In this document: positions 27,752 through 36,850 of the stretch, one piece after another
Layout: each line of letters opens with the position of its first letter
Numbering within the stretch: the first letter of the stretch is position 1
Assembly: GCA_944393245.1 (NCBI GenBank)
Contig: CALXZM010000004.1
Span: 383-64,382, forward strand
From: an uncultured Alphaproteobacteria bacterium
GTDB lineage: Bacteria; Pseudomonadota; Alphaproteobacteria; Rs-D84
Reading direction: 5' to 3'
Length of the DNA stretch: 64,000 nucleotides
The notes under the pieces: generated by a model
What the model saw: only the letters and a program-made list of their open reading frames with translations
Told to the model about the DNA's origin: nothing
Database searches by the model: none
Position numbers and translations under genes: made by a program

Positions 27752-28468
27752 ATGAGATTAGATCAGGCATTAGTTTTACGTAATTTATATCCAACCAGAG
27801 CCAAGGCCGTTGCCGCTATAAAGTCGGGTTTGGTTTCTGTAAATGGTGCAGTTGCGCAAAAGGCCAGTCAATCGGTTTCAGATACCGATAATATTGTTGC
27901 AGGGGCGTTACCCTATTCCGTCGGTCGTGGGGGTGTGAAACTGTCGGCGGCGTTGGATGCGTTTAATGTAAATCCGGCCGGATATGTTTGTTTGGATGTC
28001 GGTGCCAGTACGGGCGGTTTTACAGAAACTTTATTGTCCCGTGGTGCGGTGCGTGTAATTGCCGTTGATGTTGGAACGAACCAGTTGGCCGATGAATTAA
28101 AGCGTGATGCGCGGGTTTTGTCGTTGGAACAAACGGATATACGCGCCCTGCACCCGGTATCGCCAGTTGATTTGATTGTGATTGATGTATCGTTTATATC
28201 ATTGATAAATATAATGGACGCGTTGGTGGCGTGGAATGCGCCACAAATAATCGCGCTGATAAAGCCGCAATTTGAGGTTCCGCGTGCCATTGCGGCGCGT
28301 AATCGTGGTGTTATAAAAAGCGAAATTGACCGGCAAAATGCCATTCAAAACGTTGTTAAAAACTTTGAAAAAATCGGCTATAATCAATGTGGTATAATTG
28401 AATCGCCCATCCGCGGTGGCAGTGGCAATGTGGAATATTTGGCGTGTTTGCGCCATGTGGCGCAATAA
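27752..28468 (+). CDS. tlyA: TlyA-family rRNA 2'-O-methyltransferase (S4 domain + FtsJ-like MTase)
   Basis: MRLDQALVLRNLYPTRAKAVAAIKSGLVSVNG (S4), CLDVGASTGGFTETLL (SAM motif I). Confidence 0.8.
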   Translation: MRLDQALVLRNLYPTRAKAVAAIKSGLVSVNGAVAQKASQSVSDTDNIVAGALPYSVGRGGVKLSAALDAFNVNPAGYVCLDVGASTGGFTETLLSRGAVRVIAVDVGTNQLADELKRDARVLSLEQTDIRALHPVSPVDLIVIDVSFISLINIMDALVAWNAPQIIALIKPQFEVPRAIAARNRGVIKSEIDRQNAIQNVVKNFEKIGYNQCGIIESPIRGGSGNVEYLACLRHVAQ

Positions 28469-28533
28469 AACACCTTGAATTAAGTATATTTTATGTATAA
28501 AATTTTCCCAGAATTTAACAACAGGTTATAAAA

Positions 28534-30930
28534 ATGGCAGATGATATAAATAAAATTCATGAACGAGAGGCCAAATGGCAGAAAAAATGGGTCGATGCAG
28601 GTGTTTTTACCCCGAAAAACGACGGGACTAAACGGCCGTTCTATATGCTGGCGGAATTTCCGTTTCCGTCGGGAATGGGGCTGCATGGTGGGCATATGTT
28701 AAATTATACGGGCTGTGACGTTATGGCGCGGTTCCGTCGTATGCAGGGATATGACGTTTTATATCCGTTGGGGTTTGATTCGCTGGGGATTTCTGCGGAA
28801 AACTATGCCACCAAAATTGGCAAGCATCCGTCGGTTGTCGTCCGTGAATTGGTCGAAAGGTTCACAAAGAATATGGTTGAAATGGGCTGGTCCATTGATT
28901 TGAAATCTCAGGTTGCCACATCTGACCCTGAATTTATCAAATGGACACAGTGGATGTTTATTCAATTTTTCAATGCGGGGTTGGCGTATAAATCTATGCT
29001 GCCAATGAATTGGTGTCCGAATTGCCGCACTACGTTGACCAATGAAGAATTGGAAGATGGCAAGTGCAATCGTTGTCACGGACCGGTGGAAATTCGTGAA
29101 AAAATGCAGTGGAATCTGGCGATTACTAAATATGCACAACGTTTGTTGGATGATTTATCGTTGGTGGATTATCCAGAACGGGTAAAGCGCGACCAGACAA
29201 ACTGGATTGGCAAATCAACGGGGGCTGATGTTGATTTTATGGTTGGTGATGATGTTATGACCGTGTACACAACACGTCCCGACACTATATTTGGTGCAAC
29301 GTTCTGTGCGATTGCGCCGGAACATAAACTGGTTGCCAAATGGCTGAACGACGGCAGGGTTAAAAATGCTGATGCCGTGCGTGCGTATATAAAAGAAGCC
29401 GCGGCAAAATCAGAAATAGACCGCACTGATGTCACCAAGGAAAAAACTGGCGTGCAACTGGACGGTATAATGGCCAAGAATCCGTACACTGGTGATGAAA
29501 TACCGGTGTTTGTTGCGGACTATGTATTGGTGAATTATGCGCACGGTACAATTATGGCGGTGCCTGCGCACGATGATCGCGACTGGGATTTTGCAAAAAA
29601 GTTCGGATTGAAAATAGTGACTGTTATTGACGGTGGTGAACCAGGCAAGGTTTGGACCGGGGACGGCCCGCATATCAATTCTGGATTTATGGACGGTATG
29701 AACCGGGGCGATGCAATCGCCGCCGCAATTAAATACGGTGCAGAACGTGGGTTTGCACGTCCAAAAACACGTTTCAAAATGAGTGATTGGGGATTTTCAC
29801 GCCAGATGTATTGGGGTGAACCGATACCGTTGGTGTATTGTGAAAAATGTGGTTGGGTGCCGGTGCCTGAATCTGAACTGCCACTGATGCAGCCGTACAT
29901 GGAAGATTATCGTCCGACCGAGGACGGCGAAAGTCCCCTGGCCCGTGCGACGGATTGGGTAAATACCACGTGTCCAAAATGTGGTGCGCCAGCCCGCCGT
30001 GAAACGGATACTATGCCGCAATGGGCGGGTTCGTCGTGGTATTATATGAGATATTTAGACCCGCATAATGATACAGAATTTTGTTCACGTGAAAAAATGG
30101 AACGCTGGATGCCCGTTGACCATTATAACGGTGGAAACGAACACAACACCCGCCATTTGATTTATTCGCGTTTCTGGCACAAGGCACTGTACGATTTGGG
30201 TTTTGTGAATACGGTTGAACCGTATAAAAAGCGCACCACGAATGGGTTGCTGATGGGGTCTGATGGTAAAAAAATGTCAAAATCCGCCGGCAACGGGTTC
30301 CAGGTGGACGAAATGGTCGCGCGTGTTGGTGCCGATGCTGCGCGCACAACGGTGCTGTCACTGGGGCCGTGGGACACAAATGTCAATTGGTCCGATGGTG
30401 CGCTGGCCGGGGTTCAGCGGTTCTTGAAACGTGTTGAAAATATGGCGGACAATCTGACCGATTTGCCGATGAACGCGGAACAGGACCGCTTGGTCAATCA
30501 ATTGATTGCCGATATGACGGATAGATTGGAAAATATGCGCTTTAATACGGCGATTTCCGCGATGATGGAATTTATCAATCAGTTTGACGGCAAAATGCCC
30601 CGCCCCGCGTATGAGATTCTGGTTCAAGTCCTGAATCTGTTCGCACCACATCTGACCGAAGAAATTTGGCAGCGTTTGGGGCACGATGATATGTTGGTGT
30701 TTCAACCGTGGCCGACATACGACGCGTCAAAGTTAGTTAAAACAACAATGAATATGGTTGCGTCAGTGAACGGTAAACGTGCGGCAGAATTTCAGATTGG
30801 TGTTGATGCCACCAATGATGAAGTTATTGCAATGGCGCGTGATGTGGTGGCCAAAAAGTTGGATGGGCTTGAAATTGTAAAAACGATTGTTGTGCCCAAT
30901 AAAGTGGTGAACTTTGTTGTTAAAAAATAA
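28534..30930 (+). CDS. leuS: Leucyl-tRNA synthetase
   Basis: HMLNYTGCDV (HIGH-like), CNRCHGPVE zinc motif, KMSKS (KKMSKSAGN), editing domain. Confidence 0.95.
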   Translation: MADDINKIHEREAKWQKKWVDAGVFTPKNDGTKRPFYMLAEFPFPSGMGLHGGHMLNYTGCDVMARFRRMQGYDVLYPLGFDSLGISAENYATKIGKHPSVVVRELVERFTKNMVEMGWSIDLKSQVATSDPEFIKWTQWMFIQFFNAGLAYKSMLPMNWCPNCRTTLTNEELEDGKCNRCHGPVEIREKMQWNLAITKYAQRLLDDLSLVDYPERVKRDQTNWIGKSTGADVDFMVGDDVMTVYTTRPDTIFGATFCAIAPEHKLVAKWLNDGRVKNADAVRAYIKEAAAKSEIDRTDVTKEKTGVQLDGIMAKNPYTGDEIPVFVADYVLVNYAHGTIMAVPAHDDRDWDFAKKFGLKIVTVIDGGEPGKVWTGDGPHINSGFMDGMNRGDAIAAAIKYGAERGFARPKTRFKMSDWGFSRQMYWGEPIPLVYCEKCGWVPVPESELPLMQPYMEDYRPTEDGESPLARATDWVNTTCPKCGAPARRETDTMPQWAGSSWYYMRYLDPHNDTEFCSREKMERWMPVDHYNGGNEHNTRHLIYSRFWHKALYDLGFVNTVEPYKKRTTNGLLMGSDGKKMSKSAGNGFQVDEMVARVGADAARTTVLSLGPWDTNVNWSDGALAGVQRFLKRVENMADNLTDLPMNAEQDRLVNQLIADMTDRLENMRFNTAISAMMEFINQFDGKMPRPAYEILVQVLNLFAPHLTEEIWQRLGHDDMLVFQPWPTYDASKLVKTTMNMVASVNGKRAAEFQIGVDATNDEVIAMARDVVAKKLDGLEIVKTIVVPNKVVNFVVKK

Positions 30931-30960
30931 ATAAAAACCGCCCGTTTGGGCGGTTTTTTA
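30931..30960. terminator. Bidirectional intrinsic terminator between leuS and rpiB
   Basis: aaaaaccgcccgtttgggcggttttttat. Confidence 0.6.
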
Positions 30961-31407
30961 TCATGATATTTTTTTCAATCGGCGTACGCGACGTTCTGAA
31001 TTGTCAAACGGGCTTTCCAGAAATGCGCGTGTGACCAGGAATGATACCTCTATATCAATATCATCAGCGGCCAAAGATAAAACGTTTATATCGTCGTGCA
31101 GGCGGTCATCACGGGCCTGGTCAGGGCGTTCGCAACGCGATGCACGCAGGTGACGATATCGGTTGGCCGCAATTTGCATGCCTGCACCAGTGCCACAAAT
31201 TAAAATGCCACGCGATTTATCATCGTTCAACATTGCGTCTGCCAGATTTTTGGCAATATCAGGAAAGTCAACCGGTGTGTTTACATCGTCCGTGCCCAAA
31301 TTTACAACCGTATACCCAACCGCAGACAGCATTTCAATTAAGTACAATTTTACCCCAACCCCACGATGGTCGGCGGCAATATATACCTTGGATATTGTTT
31401 TATTCAT
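30961..31407 (-). CDS. rpiB: Ribose-5-phosphate isomerase B
   Basis: KVYIAADHRGVGVKLYLIEML...RGILICGTGAGMQIAANR is the RpiB/LacAB signature. Confidence 0.85.
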   Translation of the reverse strand: MNKTISKVYIAADHRGVGVKLYLIEMLSAVGYTVVNLGTDDVNTPVDFPDIAKNLADAMLNDDKSRGILICGTGAGMQIAANRYRHLRASRCERPDQARDDRLHDDINVLSLAADDIDIEVSFLVTRAFLESPFDNSERRVRRLKKIS

Positions 31408-31753
31408 TTTTTTTATCCTTTCGTTTGGCCAGTTTGCATTCCAGTCCGGTGTTACCTGTGATATTTAATGTGAAATATGATAATATGCCGGTCATTTGCG
31501 CATTGCTGAAAATGTTCGCGGTATTTACTGTCGCAGGACCGTCCAGTGTGCCGTGTAAAAACAAATTTGTTGCGTTTATTTTTCCAACAACACGACCACC
31601 ACGACCAATAACAATTGTTTCAGCCGTTATGTTGCCAACAACCTGGCCGTGAATTTGAACAGAATGGTCTGTTTTTATGTCGCCGGTCAATTTGCATCCG
31701 GCACCAATAATTGTTGGTGATGTTTTTTCTTTTGCGTTTGTAAATGCCAGCAT
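31400..31753 (-). CDS. Bactofilin (DUF583) polymer-forming cytoskeletal protein
   Basis: Repetitive beta-helix pattern IGAGCKLTGDIKTDHSVQIHGQVVGNITAETIVIGRGGRVVGKINATNLFLHGTLDG. Confidence 0.7.
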   Translation of the reverse strand: MLAFTNAKEKTSPTIIGAGCKLTGDIKTDHSVQIHGQVVGNITAETIVIGRGGRVVGKINATNLFLHGTLDGPATVNTANIFSNAQMTGILSYFTLNITGNTGLECKLAKRKDKKNE

Positions 31754-31756
31754 CGT

Positions 31757-33034
31757 TTATTCCTTTACAAATTTTGCAGGGTCAAATGGAACGCCCTTGT
31801 ACCGAATTTCATAGTGCAGATGCGGGCCAGTTGAACGACCCGTTGATCCCGCCAGTCCAATTACAGTTCCAGGACGTACCCAATCACCACGCGTGACCAA
31901 TGTTTGTGATAAATGGGCGTATAATGTTGTAAAGCCCAATCCGTGGTCTATTTCAACCGTGGTGCCGTATCCAACACGTTCGCCCGCAGATACAACACGG
32001 CCCGGCGCAACCGCCATTAATTCCGTGCCGATGGTGCCGGCAAAATCAATGCCGCGGTGACGTTTGGGTTCGCCAGTGAACGGATCATTGCGAATACCAA
32101 AATTTGATGTAACACGCATTTTTTCAACCGGTGCCCCCAATGGCAATATCTTGTTTAATTTGGTCAGGCCATTCCATAATTCTAAATCGTCTGCCAGTTT
32201 TTGATATTTTTCATCCATGTCCCGGTCAAATTCAATCGGACTGAATGCCGCGCCGACCAATGGATTGGAAAATTTGTTTGCGCTGTTTACTAATTTTTGT
32301 TGGGTCAGTCCCAGTGATGCGATTGTGCCACTGATGTTTTTTATGCTTTCACGTAATGAATCGATATTTTCTGATGCCAGTTTGGATACAGTGTCCACTA
32401 TCTGAACATCTGCGGCGGCAACACGCTGCATTGATTCAACCAATTGGGTGTTCTGCTTTTTCAGCATTTCATTTTCGGCACGGGTCAATTCGTATTCCGT
32501 TGACAGTTCAGACAGTTTTGTGTATTCCGCCGTATATTCGTCGTTGGTGAACATTTCCGTCAATCTGGTACGTAAAAAGTCCAATTCGCCCCATGTTTTA
32601 AGGCGACTGTTCATCAATTCTTCTTTCTGTTTGTCGTTTAAATCGGTGGCATTTAATATTTTGTCGTCTATGACATTCAAATCACGGGTCAAATCATTGT
32701 ATTTTTCCAGATATACCTGTAAATCCGTCATTTGGCGGGCGTGTTGTGCCTTGGCCTCTTCCAGTTCCTGGGTGCGCTTTTGCAATAATGGACGGTGGTA
32801 AACAAATACATATGTTGACCATGTCGCCCAGACAATTAAACCTATCTTGCCACAGAATTTTGTAAAACGCCAAAAACTGCTTTGCTTGAAAGTGTATACG
32901 TTACCACGTGGGGTGTCCATTACCGTAAATTCACGCGGTGGAAATACACGGCATATAACACGCCACATCGCACGAAATGGTGATGTTATAAATGCCCACA
33001 GGGATGTAAAATATCGTGTTATAAAATTTATCAT
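31757..33034 (-). CDS. M23/LytM-family peptidase with N-terminal TM and coiled coil
   Basis: C-terminal HRGIDFAGTIGTELMAVAPGRVV...GYGTTVEIDHGLGFTTLYAHLS...GSTGRSTGPHLHYEIR (HxxxD...HxH zinc site). Sits 3 nt downstream of bactofilin on the same strand. Confidence 0.8.
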   Translation of the reverse strand: MINFITRYFTSLWAFITSPFRAMWRVICRVFPPREFTVMDTPRGNVYTFKQSSFWRFTKFCGKIGLIVWATWSTYVFVYHRPLLQKRTQELEEAKAQHARQMTDLQVYLEKYNDLTRDLNVIDDKILNATDLNDKQKEELMNSRLKTWGELDFLRTRLTEMFTNDEYTAEYTKLSELSTEYELTRAENEMLKKQNTQLVESMQRVAAADVQIVDTVSKLASENIDSLRESIKNISGTIASLGLTQQKLVNSANKFSNPLVGAAFSPIEFDRDMDEKYQKLADDLELWNGLTKLNKILPLGAPVEKMRVTSNFGIRNDPFTGEPKRHRGIDFAGTIGTELMAVAPGRVVSAGERVGYGTTVEIDHGLGFTTLYAHLSQTLVTRGDWVRPGTVIGLAGSTGRSTGPHLHYEIRYKGVPFDPAKFVKE

Positions 33035-33039
33035 ATCTG

Positions 33040-33735
33040 TTACAGGGTAGACAAAGTGTCGTCAATAGTCAAGCCGTCACGTAAAATCGGTTCATAATTC
33101 ATGGACAGGCCTGAATACAGGGTCGCCCCACCCCGCGTGCCCATGCGACCACGTATTAAAACGCGTTCTGCTGTGTTTTTAGTGCCGAATAATGGAAATA
33201 TTTCTGTGTCACCACAATGGTGGTGCATTTCTGAAATTATTTCATCCATACGGTCGGCTGATACAATTATGCAAAAGTACCCATGTGGACGAATGCGGGC
33301 AATGCACTTTTTGGTCCATGTTGTTAAATCTGCATTATGGTGGGCGTTATGGCGCGCCGGGGTACCACGAAAATATGGCGGGTTTGTCACAACTGCGTCA
33401 AATGTTTTGTCTGTGCGCCATGTGTTAATGTCTGCATTTATTAATTCAGCGGAAAAATTATTTAAATCCATGTTCGTGGCACATTCAGATAACATTTCGC
33501 GCGATATGTCCAGGCCTGTTAATTTTATATTTTTATTATGGGCAATGGCGCATAATCCAACCCCGCCCGTTCCAATGCCGACGTCCAGTACTGTTTTTAT
33601 GCCCGATGGAATAAAGGCGGCCAACCAAACCGCGTCTGATGTGGGGTTGTATCGGCCACGCATCATGCGCACACGACCACCAATCAGGGTAAAAATTTCT
33701 TGTTTTTCTGACATGTCTATATAATAATTCAACAA
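33040..33735 (-). CDS. tRNA1(Val) (adenine37-N6)-methyltransferase-like (YfiC/TrmN6 family) N6-adenine MTase
   Basis: VLDVGIGTGGVGL (motif I) and VVTNPPYF (NPPY motif IV). Confidence 0.65.
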   Translation of the reverse strand: MLNYYIDMSEKQEIFTLIGGRVRMMRGRYNPTSDAVWLAAFIPSGIKTVLDVGIGTGGVGLCAIAHNKNIKLTGLDISREMLSECATNMDLNNFSAELINADINTWRTDKTFDAVVTNPPYFRGTPARHNAHHNADLTTWTKKCIARIRPHGYFCIIVSADRMDEIISEMHHHCGDTEIFPLFGTKNTAERVLIRGRMGTRGGATLYSGLSMNYEPILRDGLTIDDTLSTL

Positions 33736-33752
33736 AATTAAAAGGCAAGTTT

Positions 33753-34760
33753 ATGTTTGAAGGAACAATGATTGTAAAAAGTGCGGCCAGCGCATTTAAT
33801 AATGCTGCGTTGGTGGCACCTGCTTTTTTGTGGGTGGCATTGTTGGCGTTGCCGCTGTTTGCGCTGGTGTATTTTTGTGGTAATTCTGTTATGGAAAAAG
33901 TTGGCTGGAATTCACGAAATATTATGGCGCGGACGGCATTGTGGACGGTTGTTTTATCGCTGATATGGGTGGTATTGTTTGGCGGAAATTACGGCGTGTT
34001 GCGTGATAATGCAACCATATTACCGTTTGTGATTGCCACAATTGTATTCGTTTCAAGTGTTTTTGTCGGTTCGTATCATAATTCTTTGAATTTACCGAAA
34101 TTTCGTTGCGCGTCACGTGGAATAAAAATCGGAATAATTTGTGCGTGGATTTTTGGTTTGGCGATAATAGGATTGTCTGATTTGCATGCGTGGTGGGGGC
34201 CATTGTTGCAAATTGGGGCATTTTTGTTTGGTTTGGGCGTTGGGCGTTTGGCGCGCGCAGAAATGCGTCCAATTGCCGGCGCCGTGTTGGTTATGGTGGC
34301 AATTACGGTTGCCGTGTTGATGCAACCCGAATTTTTCCGTTTTGGGCAATTGGGGGCGTTAACGCCAGTGCATCAGGTGTTCTTGATTTTAATGGCCATG
34401 GCATTGGCGGCCGTTGTGGCACTGCGTAATATAAAACCGCGTGGGATTATTCGTCACAGTGCGTATGTAAAGTTAAAATGGTTGGCGCGGTTTATTTCTG
34501 TGCTGTGTATGGCATTGTTTGTGTTAACGGAATCTGTGCCAGTTTATTTGGGTATGATGTTAATGTTTTTCATAACATTTGCGATGTCTGTGGCGCATGC
34601 GGCGCAATTGCCTGAACGTGCGGATGAACGCATGTTTGCAATTACGTTGGGGATGTTCGGAACGATAACGATGATGCCGGCTGTTACGGCGTTGGGAATT
34701 TTGTATTGGATTGTTCTGCCACGTACAAAGGCATGGCAGTCAATAGGATTCCTGTTATAA
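33753..34760 (+). CDS. Hypothetical polytopic inner-membrane protein
   Basis: 335 aa with about 9-10 hydrophobic helices. No recognisable family. Confidence 0.5.
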   Translation: MFEGTMIVKSAASAFNNAALVAPAFLWVALLALPLFALVYFCGNSVMEKVGWNSRNIMARTALWTVVLSLIWVVLFGGNYGVLRDNATILPFVIATIVFVSSVFVGSYHNSLNLPKFRCASRGIKIGIICAWIFGLAIIGLSDLHAWWGPLLQIGAFLFGLGVGRLARAEMRPIAGAVLVMVAITVAVLMQPEFFRFGQLGALTPVHQVFLILMAMALAAVVALRNIKPRGIIRHSAYVKLKWLARFISVLCMALFVLTESVPVYLGMMLMFFITFAMSVAHAAQLPERADERMFAITLGMFGTITMMPAVTALGILYWIVLPRTKAWQSIGFLL

Positions 34761-34843
34761 TTAGTTATATTTATTGAATACCAATTTATTCGCAGATAAT
34801 GTATTATGTCAGGCGATAGTTAAAAAATATAGGCCTGAAAGTT

Positions 34844-35638
34844 ATGATACATCCAACAGCAATAATACACCCTGGGGCGGTTTTGGGTACAGATTGTAAA
34901 ATCGGACCGTTCTGTATAGTGGGGCCCAATGTGGTTTTGGGCGACCGTGTGGAATTAGTTTCAAATGTAATTATTGATGGAAAAACGTCTGTTGGCGACG
35001 ATTCCATTGTATATCCGTTTGCGGTTTTGGGCGTTATGAGCCAGGATTTAAAATGGCAGGACGAATCCGCAATGACTGGGTTACGTATTGGAAAACGCTG
35101 TAAAATTCGCGAATATGTTACAATTCATTCTGGTACACCGGCGTCCGATGGCACCGTCATAGGTGATGATTGTCAAATTATGGTTAATGCGCATGTCGGA
35201 CATGATTGCAAGGTGGGAAACAGTGTCGTTATGTCAAACCTGGTTCAGGTTGCCGGGCATGTTGAAATAGAAGATTATGCAATTTTATCCGGTGGGGTTA
35301 TGGTGTTACAGTTCGCACGCATAGGGCGCAATGCATTTATCGGTGGAATGTCGGGCGTTGGTAATGATGTTTTGCCGTATGCTATTTATGATGGTGCGCG
35401 GGCGGTGTATCGCACTATTAACCGTGTGGGATTAATGCGGCATGGGTTTACAAATGAAGATATGCACGCAATTCATTCCGTGTATTCTGCGGTATTTCGC
35501 GAAAATGATGGGACGGTGTCGGAACGATTGGCGCGTGTCCGTAAAGAGGTTAAAAACAATAAATATGCAATGGATGCAATAGATTTTATAGAAAATCGTT
35601 CAAAGCGCGGAATTGGCACATCTGACAATGCGGAATAA
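34844..35638 (+). CDS. lpxA: UDP-N-acetylglucosamine O-acyltransferase
   Basis: MIHPTAIIHPGAVLGTDCKIGPFCIVGPNVVLG... hexapeptide repeats, with a C-terminal LpxA helical domain. Confidence 0.9.
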   Translation: MIHPTAIIHPGAVLGTDCKIGPFCIVGPNVVLGDRVELVSNVIIDGKTSVGDDSIVYPFAVLGVMSQDLKWQDESAMTGLRIGKRCKIREYVTIHSGTPASDGTVIGDDCQIMVNAHVGHDCKVGNSVVMSNLVQVAGHVEIEDYAILSGGVMVLQFARIGRNAFIGGMSGVGNDVLPYAIYDGARAVYRTINRVGLMRHGFTNEDMHAIHSVYSAVFRENDGTVSERLARVRKEVKNNKYAMDAIDFIENRSKRGIGTSDNAE

Positions 35639-36770
35639 AAAATTAACTATATTTATAATTGCGGGCGAAGTGTCCGGTGATGTTTTGGGGGCGCGCATAA
35701 TGCGTGAAATGCCTGGTGTGCGCTTTGTCGGGGTCGGTGGTGAAAATATGATTGCCGCCGGGCTGCATTCTTTGTTCCCGATGTCTGATTTGTCTGTGAT
35801 GGGTGTGGCAGAGGTTGTCGCGCATGCCAGAACGTTGACGCGGCGTATAAATCAAACGGTTGGCGCAATATTAGATGTGCAACCAGATATTATTTTAACC
35901 ATTGATTCACCAGGATTCGCGCGCAGTGTTATAAAAAAAATACGTAAATCATCGGCCGGTCGTGCGCTGGTTGCAAATGGATTGCGGTTTCATCACGTTG
36001 TTGCGCCCCAGGTGTGGGCATGGCGCGCCGGGCGTGCAAAAAAATATGCACAAACATTTGATAAATTGTATGCTTTTTTTGATTTCGAAGTTCCATATTT
36101 TACAAAATATGGTTTGGATACAATTGCGGTTGGGCATCCAATTGCTGATGGACTGGTTGGGCGTAATGCGTCCAAGCATGGTGGTGAAAAACTAATAACC
36201 CTGGTCCCCGGCAGTCGCATGTCAGAGGTAAAACGTTTGATGCCGTTGTTTCGTGATGTGGCACATAAATTGGCGGCGTCTGGATATGATTATAAGTTTG
36301 CAATTCCAACAGTTGAAACGACGGCTGAATTTGTCCGTGATTCAATTCGTGAATGGGATGTTCGGCCAGAATTGGTAAGTGCAGATAAACGATACGATTT
36401 ATATTCACGGACATATATCGCCGTTGTTACCAGTGGGACTGTTTCTGCGGAATTGGCAATGTTGCATATTCCAACTGCTGTTGTGTACAAAATGAATCCG
36501 ATAACAACATGGTTGGTGCGCCAGGTAATACGTATAAAATGGGTTTCTTTGGTAAATATACTGTTAAATCGTTGCGTTTATCCGGAATTTTTGGGACGCG
36601 ACGCCAGAACAGAAAATGTTTTGGGGGCTGTGCGGCAAATGGCGTTGCCGGCGGTACGTGAAACAATGATTGCCGAATTAAAATCGGCCGATGAATTATG
36701 GCTGCGTCCTGATGGGGCACCGGCAAAATTGATTGCAGAATCGTTAATGGATTCAGTACGCAGTAAATAA
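35613..36770 (+). CDS. lpxB: Lipid-A-disaccharide synthase
   Basis: IFIIAGEVSGDVLGARIMREM..., GT-B fold. Adjacent to lpxA. Confidence 0.85.
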   Translation: MAHLTMRNKKLTIFIIAGEVSGDVLGARIMREMPGVRFVGVGGENMIAAGLHSLFPMSDLSVMGVAEVVAHARTLTRRINQTVGAILDVQPDIILTIDSPGFARSVIKKIRKSSAGRALVANGLRFHHVVAPQVWAWRAGRAKKYAQTFDKLYAFFDFEVPYFTKYGLDTIAVGHPIADGLVGRNASKHGGEKLITLVPGSRMSEVKRLMPLFRDVAHKLAASGYDYKFAIPTVETTAEFVRDSIREWDVRPELVSADKRYDLYSRTYIAVVTSGTVSAELAMLHIPTAVVYKMNPITTWLVRQVIRIKWVSLVNILLNRCVYPEFLGRDARTENVLGAVRQMALPAVRETMIAELKSADELWLRPDGAPAKLIAESLMDSVRSK

Positions 36771-36794
36771 GTGTGGTATATTTATAAGGCATAA

Positions 36795-36830
36795 AAACGG
36801 GGCATTTTTTAAACATTGCCCCGTTTTTTT
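36795..36830 (+). terminator. Rho-independent terminator after lpxB (bidirectional with the minus-strand 913-aa gene)
   Basis: aaaacggggcattttttaaacattgccccgttttttt. Confidence 0.55.
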
Positions 36831-36850
36831 AGTATTTATTATGCGTGTGT

